Source: an uncultured Bacteroidales bacterium
GTDB taxonomy: Bacteria > Bacteroidota > Bacteroidia > Bacteroidales > UBA10428
Reading direction: 5' to 3'
Length of the DNA stretch: 48,382 nt
NCBI GenBank assembly: GCA_965602045.1
Contig: CBFCXR010000002.1
Location: 1-48,382 of the forward strand
Both the position numbers and the translations under genes were made by a program. This document shows, one piece after another, positions 29,806 to 38,325 of the stretch. Position 1 is the first letter of the stretch, and each line of letters begins with the position of its first letter. Below the pieces are notes generated by a model that did no database searches, had not been told where the DNA came from, and was given only the letters and a program-made list of their open reading frames with translations.

Positions 29806-31407
29806 TTATTTTTTCATAAGCAAAGCTGTATAGAATTCCCAGTTGTCAAGAATGTCTATTGCTTTTATATATCCGGGATCTTCTTCATTTACCACCTGGT
29901 AAAATTCACTTGTGTTCCATATATCGCGAGCAATATAGGCCTTTATCAATAATCTGATTTTTATACCGGATATTTCAATTCCCTGTTTATTTTCCGGTAC
30001 ATTCTCATTTTCCGCATATTTTATTAGTTTATTTATTGTTTTTTCTGAAACTTCAAAATTAGCATGAAATACATCAAATGTTGGATAATCGAGCTTAAGT
30101 TGTTCTCTGTTGTTATCAACATAATTAAGTGTAAATTGATTTAATATGCCCTTACTTACTATATCGCTGTAATAGTCAGAATAGAATGATGTATCAATCG
30201 GAACAAAGAAATCAGGCATTATTCCGCCTCCACCGTATACAACTCTTGAGTTTTTGAGTGTATTGAATTTAAGTGAATCAGGAAAATGAATACTATCTTC
30301 ATGAGATAGTTCACCGTTATTATACCTGTTAATTATATCTTTATCATAATCATCCTTACTCATGTTATATGGCTTCTGTATTAATCTGCCGGTAGGTGTA
30401 TAATATCTGGCAACTGTGAGCCTTACCATTGAAGAATCAGGTAATCTGAGAGGCCGCTGAACCAGGCCTTTTCCAAATGTTCTGCGTCCAACAATAATTC
30501 CTCTATCCCAATCCTGAATTGCTCCGGCCACAATTTCACTCGCAGATGCTGAACCTTCATCAGTTATTACTAAGATATTTCCTGTCTCAAAATCTCCTTT
30601 CGCTGTAGCTTTATATGGTCTTTTTGGATTATTGGTTCCTTCGGTATAAACTATAAGTTTTTCGTCATCTAAAAATTGATCTGCAAGTCTTATAGCTACC
30701 TCAAGATATCCGCCTCCGTTACCGGTTAAATCAAGTATTAGATTATTAACACCCTCCATCTTCAGTTCTGCCAGGGCTTCTTTGAATTCATCGATTGTGG
30801 TTAATGAAAATCTATTGATTTTTATATAACCAATATCATCCTTTACTTTAAATGAGGCATCAACACTATAAATTGGAATTTTGTCCCTTATTATTGTAAA
30901 ATCAATTATTTTATCATGACTTCGTCTGAAAACAGTAACAGTTACCTTTGTGCCTTTATCCCCTCGCAATAATCTAAAAACATCTTTATTAGTGATGCCC
31001 ATACCTGCAACATTATCTCCTTCAACTTTAATTATCCGGTCTCCTGCCATTATACCAACTTTTTCGGAAGGTCCTCCTGAAATAGCAGAAACTACAAATA
31101 TTGTATCATTCAGGATATTAAAAGATATTCCTATGCCTTCAAAATTTCCCTGAAGAGGTTCATTCATTTCCTTAACTTCCTTTTTAGTAAGATAACTTGA
31201 ATGAGGATCAAGCTTTTTCAGCACTTCAATAATCGCATTTTCTACAAGTGTCCGCTGATCCACGGAGTCAACATAATAATTTTCAATCCATTCCAGTACT
31301 CTCCCGAATTTAAATGTTTGTTCATACACAAACTGAGAATATGTAGTCCCTACAGAGAATATTAATGAAAATAAGCATACGAATAAAAAGAATTTGTAAT
31401 CTTTCAT
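29806..31407 (-). CDS. S41-family carboxyl-terminal processing peptidase (Ctp/Prc type) with PDZ domain
   Basis: 533 aa. Signal/anchor MKDYKFFLFVCLFSLIFSV, PDZ GDRIIKVEG, catalytic Ser context TDEGSASASEI and Lys context RTFGKGLVQ. Confidence 0.9.
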   Translation of the reverse strand: MKDYKFFLFVCLFSLIFSVGTTYSQFVYEQTFKFGRVLEWIENYYVDSVDQRTLVENAIIEVLKKLDPHSSYLTKKEVKEMNEPLQGNFEGIGISFNILNDTIFVVSAISGGPSEKVGIMAGDRIIKVEGDNVAGMGITNKDVFRLLRGDKGTKVTVTVFRRSHDKIIDFTIIRDKIPIYSVDASFKVKDDIGYIKINRFSLTTIDEFKEALAELKMEGVNNLILDLTGNGGGYLEVAIRLADQFLDDEKLIVYTEGTNNPKRPYKATAKGDFETGNILVITDEGSASASEIVAGAIQDWDRGIIVGRRTFGKGLVQRPLRLPDSSMVRLTVARYYTPTGRLIQKPYNMSKDDYDKDIINRYNNGELSHEDSIHFPDSLKFNTLKNSRVVYGGGGIMPDFFVPIDTSFYSDYYSDIVSKGILNQFTLNYVDNNREQLKLDYPTFDVFHANFEVSEKTINKLIKYAENENVPENKQGIEISGIKIRLLIKAYIARDIWNTSEFYQVVNEEDPGYIKAIDILDNWEFYTALLMKK

Positions 31408-31552
31408 AAATAGTTAATATTAAGTATTGAGGTTATATTGATATCGCAAAAGAAAGAATAAAATTTTCGCTGGTATCAACAAATTAATTTATAAATTTAT
31501 TGAAATGGGATAATATATATTAAGTGAGCAAGTTCTATTTTTAATAAATGAA

Positions 31553-31936
31553 TTATGATATAATAAAGTTGAAATCCAAACCCACCAGTTCTGCCAAATC
31601 TTCTCCTGCTTCCTTAAGTAATTCATCTTCTTTTTCATAGTACCAATTAACCAATGTTTTTAAGCCCTTCTTGCTAATATTGGCAATTTTAATAAATATT
31701 TCTGCTATATATCGCATCGATCCTGAGTTATAATAAGCAAATCTAACACTGATTTTCAAGGGTTTTTTAATACTATCAAGATTATTTTCATAATCATTTA
31801 ACCATTGAATTACTGGTTTATAAAAATCGTGCACATTTTCGGGTAAAGATGATCCGGAAATTGCTAAGGTGTTTTCATTAGGATCATAAACGATTTCAGG
31901 TGTGTGCTTCCCGGGTTTGATATCTAGTTTTTCCAT
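31553..31936 (-). CDS. Second DUF1987 (SiaC-like) protein
   Basis: 127 aa. Same scaffold as 28492-28872 (HTPEIVYD...ISGSSLPEN..DFYKP..WL..Y, NWYYEKEDELLKEAGED), but the loop reads YNSGS, with Ser71 where the paralog has Thr68. Confidence 0.8.
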   Translation of the reverse strand: MEKLDIKPGKHTPEIVYDPNENTLAISGSSLPENVHDFYKPVIQWLNDYENNLDSIKKPLKISVRFAYYNSGSMRYIAEIFIKIANISKKGLKTLVNWYYEKEDELLKEAGEDLAELVGLDFNFIIS

Positions 31937-32012
31937 AAAACATATTATTTTGGGTAAAAGATACTAATTTTTAATAATTATTTCCAAATAAAATGTAAAT
32001 AAATGTGTGTTT

Positions 32013-33542
32013 CTATTCCCATTCAATTGTAGCAGGTGGCTTTGAGCTAATATCGTAAACTACCCTGTTAATTCCCTTTACATTATTAATAATTCTGTTT
32101 GATATTGTACTTAGGAATTCATAAGGCAAATGTGTCCAGTCTGCTGTCATACCATCAGTAGAAGATACGGCCCTTAGTGCAACTACATTCTCGTAGGTTC
32201 TTTCGTCACCCATAACACCTACGGATTGAACCGGGAGCAGGATAGCAGCGGCCTGCCATACTTTATCATATAGTTTATACTCTTTCAGACCTTCTATAAA
32301 TATATCATCAACATCCTGTAAAATTTCTACTTTCCCAGCAGTTACATCACCAATAATTCTGACTGCTAATCCGGGTCCGGGAAATGGATGGCGGTTCATA
32401 ATTTCATCGTCAATATTCAGGGCATTACCTACTTTTCGAACCTCATCTTTAAAAAGGAGTTTTAAGGGTTCTATTACCTTTAAATTCATTTTTGAAGGCA
32501 ATCCTCCAACATTATGATGAGATTTTATTGTTGCTGACGGGCCATTTACCGAAACAGATTCTATCACATCAGGATAAATTGTGCCTTGTGCCAGCCATTT
32601 TACACCCTGAATTATTTTAGCTTCTTTTTCAAAGACCTCAATAAAATGCTTGCCAATAATTTTTCGCTTTTGCTCCGGCTCAGATACGTTTTTTAAATTT
32701 TCAAGAAACTTATTTTTAGCATCTATACCATTGACATTTAATCCCATATGTCTGTATGATGCAAGAACTTTATCAAACTCATTTTTTCTTAGCAGGCCAT
32801 TATCCACAAAAATACCGGTTAGGTTTTTACCTATCGCTTTATCCAATAAAACTGCAGTTACAGAAGAATCAACTCCTCCTGAAAGGCCCAGAATTACTTT
32901 ATCGTTACCTAATTTTTCCTTTAATTCTTTGATTGTAGAATCAATAAATGAAGCTGGAGTCCAATCCTGCAAACAATTACAAATGTTAACCACAAAATTG
33001 TATAATATCTTTTTGCCTTCAGTAGTATGATATACTTCAGGGTGGAATTGAATACCATATGTTTTTTCAGAGCTTATTTTATAAGCAGCAACTTTAATAT
33101 CTCTTGTGCTTCCTATTAATTCATATCCATGCGGAAGTTCGGAAATTGTATCTCCGTGCGACATCCATACCTGGGTATTTCCTGACAGGCCACTAAGCAA
33201 TTGCGAATTTTTATCGATATATTCAAGATTCGCCCTTCCATATTCCCGATGTTTTGAAGATAACACTGAGCCGCCATAATTTTGTGCCAGATATTGTGCT
33301 CCATAGCAAACTCCCAATAAAGGAAGTTTTCCCTTTATTTTTTCAAGCATGGGCTTAGGAGCATTTTGATCCCTGACCGAATATGGACTTCCTGAAAGAA
33401 TCACACCCTTGATTGTATTATCTATATTTGGAATACTATTGTAAGGATGAATTTCACAATACACATTTAATTCTCTAACACTTCTGGCTATAAGTTGAGT
33501 ATATTGAGAACCGAAATCTAATATGATTATTCTATTATGCAT
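32013..33542 (-). CDS. guaA: GMP synthase (glutamine-hydrolysing)
   Basis: 509 aa. GATase domain (GVCYGAQ), ATP-pyrophosphatase SGGVDSS, C-terminal PPATIEWE. Confidence 0.95.
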   Translation of the reverse strand: MHNRIIILDFGSQYTQLIARSVRELNVYCEIHPYNSIPNIDNTIKGVILSGSPYSVRDQNAPKPMLEKIKGKLPLLGVCYGAQYLAQNYGGSVLSSKHREYGRANLEYIDKNSQLLSGLSGNTQVWMSHGDTISELPHGYELIGSTRDIKVAAYKISSEKTYGIQFHPEVYHTTEGKKILYNFVVNICNCLQDWTPASFIDSTIKELKEKLGNDKVILGLSGGVDSSVTAVLLDKAIGKNLTGIFVDNGLLRKNEFDKVLASYRHMGLNVNGIDAKNKFLENLKNVSEPEQKRKIIGKHFIEVFEKEAKIIQGVKWLAQGTIYPDVIESVSVNGPSATIKSHHNVGGLPSKMNLKVIEPLKLLFKDEVRKVGNALNIDDEIMNRHPFPGPGLAVRIIGDVTAGKVEILQDVDDIFIEGLKEYKLYDKVWQAAAILLPVQSVGVMGDERTYENVVALRAVSSTDGMTADWTHLPYEFLSTISNRIINNVKGINRVVYDISSKPPATIEWE

Positions 33543-33650
33543 GCAGCCGTCTTATTATTATTGAAGCCAAAGTTAAATAATTATATGGGTTTTTCATATA
33601 ACATAACCAGCACAAGCGTCAGCTTGTTTAATAATTCTTAATTTGAGAAG

Positions 33651-34580
33651 TTATTTTATTCTTTCAGCGACAATATGGAAAATATCTCCATCTTCTACTG
33701 CAAAAGTATTTTTAAAGATTTTTTTTGCTTCTTTTACTAAAGCGGAAACATCCTTGTATCTTGCGGAAAAATGCCCGATCAGCAGTTTTTCAACACATGC
33801 TTTTTTTGCAATGGTTGCAGCTTGTAACGCTGTTGAATGATAAGTTAATTTTGCTAATTTTTTATCTTTGTCAAGAAATGTTGTTTCGTGATATAATAAT
33901 CTTACTCCGGAAATATACTGAACATATTTTTCCGAATAAACTGTATCAGAACAGTACGCATACGATCGTAATTTGAATGGCGGGAGTGTAAGTTTTTCAT
34001 TCTTTATGGTTGTTCCATCCTTAGTAATATAATCGGCACCCTGTTTAATCTTAACAATTTCTTTTATAGGAATATTATATTTTTCTATTTGTTCCTTACG
34101 TATATTTTTTGGCTTTTCTTTTTCTTTAAATAAGAATCCAACTGTAGGAATTCTGTGTTTAAGGGGTATAGTTTCAACTGTAATATGCTTATTCTCATAA
34201 ATCAATGTTGGTCTGGCAGTTTTAAATGGATGTATTATTATATTGTATTGTAACTTATTTCCAAAATGATCTTTATAGTATTTTATTGTATGAGTTATTT
34301 CAGGATGAGCATATATATGCAGATCATTTTCTCTATTTAATAAATTGAATGTAGAAATTAAGCCAAAAAGACCAAAAATATGATCTCCGTGAAGATGACT
34401 AATAAAAATGTGATTTATTTTCCCTAACCTGATATTGAATCTGTTTAGCTGTATTTGTGTTCCTTCACCACAATCAATTAAAAAAAAATGCTCATGAACA
34501 TTAAGAACATGAGCAGCAGAATTTCTTTTTGACGTAGGTAATCCGGAACTACTACCAAGAATCGTCAAATAGAAGGACAT
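33651..34580 (-). CDS. rnz: Ribonuclease Z (metallo-beta-lactamase fold)
   Basis: 309 aa. LTILGSSSGLPT, LIDCGEGTQ and the HLHGDH zinc motif. Confidence 0.85.
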   Translation of the reverse strand: MSFYLTILGSSSGLPTSKRNSAAHVLNVHEHFFLIDCGEGTQIQLNRFNIRLGKINHIFISHLHGDHIFGLFGLISTFNLLNRENDLHIYAHPEITHTIKYYKDHFGNKLQYNIIIHPFKTARPTLIYENKHITVETIPLKHRIPTVGFLFKEKEKPKNIRKEQIEKYNIPIKEIVKIKQGADYITKDGTTIKNEKLTLPPFKLRSYAYCSDTVYSEKYVQYISGVRLLYHETTFLDKDKKLAKLTYHSTALQAATIAKKACVEKLLIGHFSARYKDVSALVKEAKKIFKNTFAVEDGDIFHIVAERIK

Positions 34581-34595
34581 AATATCAGGTTGTAA

Positions 34596-34955
34596 TTACT
34601 TTTCGGCTCCAGTAATTAATTTAGCTCCTTCATCTATTGCACTGGCAATATTCAATACAGTATCCAACTGTGAGATTGTGATTAATCTTTCAACTGCATC
34701 ATTAAGACCTGTAAGTACAAAAGTCCCATTGGCATTTTTGCAAAGGCGGTTAGCAACAAGGATAGCGCTTAATCCGGATGAATCACAATATCGACATTTA
34801 CTCAAATCAAGTATAATATTTTTCTCTCCATTGCCGGATACCAGAACTAATTCAGATTTTAAAGTAGGGGCTATGTGCGTATCTAATTTTTCCTCTAATA
34901 CTTGAATTAATGTATAATTGTCATGTTTTTCAATTTTAAATTCCATATTGAACAA
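34596..34955 (-). CDS. STAS-domain protein (anti-sigma-factor-antagonist type)
   Basis: 119 aa. SpoIIAA-like with CDSSGLSAIL (phosphorylatable Ser motif). It is wedged between rpsA (22-nt gap) and rnz (15-nt gap) on the same strand. Confidence 0.8.
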   Translation of the reverse strand: MFNMEFKIEKHDNYTLIQVLEEKLDTHIAPTLKSELVLVSGNGEKNIILDLSKCRYCDSSGLSAILVANRLCKNANGTFVLTGLNDAVERLITISQLDTVLNIASAIDEGAKLITGAEK

Positions 34956-34977
34956 GATTTGAATTTATTATATAAAG

Positions 34978-37221
34978 TTATTCGCTTTTTTCTTTATTAG
35001 CAGCTTTTTTTCCCTCTTTTTTATTTTTATTTTCATTTTTTTCCATTTCCGACTTCAAAGCTGCCAGCTCTGTAATGTCTCCGAACGTTGTTTTTTCAAT
35101 GCCTGGTTTACTTTTTTTATGTGTTTTTCTAGGTGCTGAATCAGCTCTTTTTCTTAAGGGCTCATCTTTTGTTTTTCTTTTATCTTCATAAACCCGGGTA
35201 TGTGAGAGAACAATCTTATTTGCTGATTTTGAAAATTCAATTACTCTAAATTGCAGTTTTTCATCAGCTTTAGCAGAAGTATTATCTTCTTTAATTAAAT
35301 GTTTTGTTGAAGCAAAACCTTCAACACCGTAAGGTAATGCAACTACTGCTCCTTTATCTAATATCTCAACAATTGTTCCTTCATGAATTGAATTTATTGT
35401 AAAAACCGTTTCAAATACTTCCCACGGATTTTCTTCAAGTTGTTTATGCCCAAGGCTTAATCTCCTGTTATCTTTATCTATTTCTAAAACCACTACTTCA
35501 ATATCCTCAGCGATATTAGTAAATTCAGCAGGATGCCTTATTTTTTTTGTCCATGACAAATCGGAAATATGAATTAATCCGTCAACACCTTCTTCTATTT
35601 CAACAAATACACCGAAATTAGTGAAATTACGAACTTTTGCCTTATGATTGGAGCCAACTGCATATTTTTCTTCAATTTTATCCCATGGATCAGGTTTCAA
35701 TTGTTTAATGCCTAAAGACATTTTTCTTTCTTCACGGTCTAAAGTCAGGATTTGAGCTTCAACTTCATCACCAACTTTGAGAAATTCCTGTGCACTTCTT
35801 AAATGTTGAGACCACGACATTTCTGATACATGAATTAATCCTTCAACTCCAGGGGCAATCTCAATAAATGATCCGTAATCAGCCATTACAACTACTTTTC
35901 CTTTTACCTGGTCACCGACTTTAAGATTTGGATCCAATGAGTCCCATGGATGCGGTGTAAGTTGTTTTAAACCAAGTGCAATTCTTTTTTTATCGTCGTC
36001 GAAGTCGAGTATAACTACTTCAAGCTTCTGATCCAGTTCAGCAATTTCTTCAGGATGATTTACTCTACCCCATGATAAATCAGTGATATGAATTAATCCA
36101 TCAACACCCCCCAAATCAATAAAGACTCCATATGATGTAATATTTTTAACAGTTCCTTCAAGAATCTGACCTTTTTCAAGTTTGGCAATGATTTCTTTTT
36201 TCTGCTGTTCGAGTTCAGCTTCAATAAGTGCTTTATGCGAGACAACAACATTCTTGAATTCATAATTTATTTTTACGACTTTGAACTCCATTGTTTTTCC
36301 AACAAATATGTCATAGTCACGAATTGGTTTGACATCAATCTGCGAGCCAGGTAGAAATGCCTCAATACCAAAAACATCTACAATCATACCTCCTTTTGTG
36401 CGGCATTTGACATACCCTTTTATTATTTCATTTTTTTCCAGAGCTTCATTGATTCTATCCCATGATTTTAATGCCCTGGCTTTTTTATGAGAAAGTATTA
36501 ATTGCCCTTTTTTATCTTCCTGGCTTTCAACATAAACCTCAACCTTGTCGTCAATTTTGATTTCCGGATTATATCTGAATTCATTCAGACTTACAACTCC
36601 TTCAGACTTATAACCAATATTGATGACCACTTCCCTTTTGTTCATGGAAATTATGGTACCCTCTATAACTTCGTTATCAGCAATAGGAGACAGAGTATCA
36701 TCATACATCTTTTCAAAATCAGCCCTTTCTTTCGATGAATAGGCGTCATGACTATCACCATAATTATCCCAGTCAAATTTTATATCAGACTCCATTAAAG
36801 TATCAACACCTGATGGTTTGGCTACTTTCGATACTACTTTTGTGCTCTCCTTATTTACTTTGGATTTTTTATCTTCAACCTTCTCTGATTTTGATACTTC
36901 CTCAGGTGCTTTTTTCGCTGTACTTTTTACACTACCGGTATCTTTCTTGGAAACCGGTGAAGGAATTTCTTTAGATTTTTTGTCTTCTTTGCCCGGTGGT
37001 TTAGGAGGTTTTTCCTTTGATTTTTCAGCTTTTTTAGTCGTGCCTGTTACTTCTTTTTTTTGCGAATCTTTTTCAGGTTCCTTCTTGTTTTTCTTTTGTG
37101 GTTGAGATTTTTTGATTTTAGGATTTGTTACAGCTTGATCTTTTTCGTCAGCTGCCTGATTATCAATAACTTTACTGTCGGCCAGTTTTTCTTCCAACTT
37201 GCTATTACTATTTTCCGCCAT
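34978..37221 (-). CDS. rpsA: 30S ribosomal protein S1 with Lys-rich low-complexity N- and C-terminal extensions
   Basis: 747 aa. Six S1/OB repeats (e.g. G.V..I...G.F(V/I)(D/E)(I/L).G(V/I)(D/E)GL(I/V)H(I/V)S(D/E)(L/M)SW). A conventional-length product would start at in-frame ATG 36793-36795 (MESDIKFDWDNY); the frame stays open 142 codons further up to ATG 37221. Confidence 0.85.
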   Translation of the reverse strand: MAENSNSKLEEKLADSKVIDNQAADEKDQAVTNPKIKKSQPQKKNKKEPEKDSQKKEVTGTTKKAEKSKEKPPKPPGKEDKKSKEIPSPVSKKDTGSVKSTAKKAPEEVSKSEKVEDKKSKVNKESTKVVSKVAKPSGVDTLMESDIKFDWDNYGDSHDAYSSKERADFEKMYDDTLSPIADNEVIEGTIISMNKREVVINIGYKSEGVVSLNEFRYNPEIKIDDKVEVYVESQEDKKGQLILSHKKARALKSWDRINEALEKNEIIKGYVKCRTKGGMIVDVFGIEAFLPGSQIDVKPIRDYDIFVGKTMEFKVVKINYEFKNVVVSHKALIEAELEQQKKEIIAKLEKGQILEGTVKNITSYGVFIDLGGVDGLIHITDLSWGRVNHPEEIAELDQKLEVVILDFDDDKKRIALGLKQLTPHPWDSLDPNLKVGDQVKGKVVVMADYGSFIEIAPGVEGLIHVSEMSWSQHLRSAQEFLKVGDEVEAQILTLDREERKMSLGIKQLKPDPWDKIEEKYAVGSNHKAKVRNFTNFGVFVEIEEGVDGLIHISDLSWTKKIRHPAEFTNIAEDIEVVVLEIDKDNRRLSLGHKQLEENPWEVFETVFTINSIHEGTIVEILDKGAVVALPYGVEGFASTKHLIKEDNTSAKADEKLQFRVIEFSKSANKIVLSHTRVYEDKRKTKDEPLRKRADSAPRKTHKKSKPGIEKTTFGDITELAALKSEMEKNENKNKKEGKKAANKEKSE

Positions 37222-37406
37222 TTAAATAAATTACTAAATTAATATGTTAGACATTATGTTGTTTAAATCGAGCTGCAAAACTATAATTTTCTCACAGAAA
37301 AAGCTAAAGATACAAAAAAAAAATACAAAATTTAATAGTATAAACTTAAAACTAAAGGTTTTAGGATTAGCATAAAAAGTGAATCCGGAAGTAAAAAATT
37401 TAATAA

Positions 37407-38075
37407 TTATGCACTTTTTTCGAGTCTCTCAGCTTCTCTTCGCTTTTTACTCATTAAAAAAAGTGCTTTATTTTCTTCTTTGCGTAGTAACCTTTCTATA
37501 TTTTTTTGATGTGTAAAAAGAAGCAATACCGATATAATTAGTGAAAAAATAACTAGTGACGGAGTGGTGGTTTTGAAAACAAAAATTACTACAACAGGGA
37601 ATGAGAATCCTGCTATCATTGAGCTGAGTGAGACGTATTTGGTGACCAATAATGTAATAATAAATACTCCGATGCATATCAGTGTAGTAAAAGGATCTAT
37701 TGCCAAAACAAAACCTAAAAGTGTTGCTATACCTTTTCCTCCTCTAAATCCAACATAAACCGGGAAAATATGTCCTGCTATTGCTGCCATTCCCAATAAT
37801 AGCTGGAAATTAATGAAGTCTCCTGTTTCAGGGATATAGTAACTTGTGAGGTGTATTAGATTTACTGCCAGCCAGCCTTTAAATATATCAAATATGAGAA
37901 TTATTAAACCAGGTTTCCATCCTAGTATTCTCATTGCGTTGGTAGAACCTGCATTTCTGCTACCATGTTCTCTTATATCAATATTATAGAAGTATCTTCC
38001 AATCCAAATAGAGGAGGGAATTGAACCGATCAAATAAGCTAATACCAGGATGGCAATATTAAATAATATTGACAT
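37407..38075 (-). CDS. plsY: Glycerol-3-phosphate acyltransferase PlsY
   Basis: 222 aa membrane protein. YLIGSIPSS.WIG, HGSRNAGSTN and GGKGIAT motifs. Confidence 0.9.
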   Translation of the reverse strand: MSILFNIAILVLAYLIGSIPSSIWIGRYFYNIDIREHGSRNAGSTNAMRILGWKPGLIILIFDIFKGWLAVNLIHLTSYYIPETGDFINFQLLLGMAAIAGHIFPVYVGFRGGKGIATLLGFVLAIDPFTTLICIGVFIITLLVTKYVSLSSMIAGFSFPVVVIFVFKTTTPSLVIFSLIISVLLLFTHQKNIERLLRKEENKALFLMSKKRREAERLEKSA

Positions 38076-38100
38076 TAAAAAATGTTTTTTACCAGCTGCG

Positions 38101-38131
38101 CAAAGATATTAATAATTCTTGAGCTTGCAAG
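38101..38131 (-). promoter_or_regulatory. Candidate Bacteroidota sigma-A promoter for plsY
   Basis: The minus strand reads cTTG - 19 nt - TAtcTTTG. The -7 box is + caaagata at 38101-38108 and ends 26 nt upstream of ATG 38075. Confidence 0.4.
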
Positions 38132-38166
38132 TTTGCAAGTACAAATTTTATCAACTGATAAAGAAA

Positions 38167-38263
38167 GGAACTGTCCTAAAAGCCTAACTATTATCATTTT
38201 GAGATTCTTTACTTTCGTTCAGAACGACAATTATTGAATTATCTATGCTTTTGGGACAGCTCC
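38167..38263. repeat. 17-bp imperfect inverted repeat with a 63-nt spacer in the pckG-plsY intergenic region (long-stem hairpin; possible pckG terminator or small structured element)
   Basis: ggaactgtcctaaaagc (38167-38183) pairs with gcttttgggacagctcc (38247-38263): 15 Watson-Crick pairs, one wobble and one mismatch on either strand. The spacer contains a 5-bp stem, tcgtt-cag-aacga. On the minus strand the right arm is followed by tttctttatc. Confidence 0.6.
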
Positions 38264-38325
38264 ATATGATTTAAATGATCCTTTTTTTGCGTTTGCTAAC
38301 TGAAAAAATATCAATTGTCTGTGAG

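Noticed and set aside
33543-33650. Purine riboswitch upstream of guaA
   Set aside because: Only two short hairpins are present (acaagc-gtca-gcttgt at 33612-33627, and tatatg/catata on the minus strand). There is no three-way junction or conserved purine-riboswitch loops. The first hairpin is more likely a weak rnz terminator.
36502-37242. Four + strand ORFs (60-95 aa) opposite the 5' part of rpsA
   Set aside because: They are antisense to a purine-rich low-complexity coding stretch that suppresses stop codons in several frames. The translations are F/L/S-rich nonsense.
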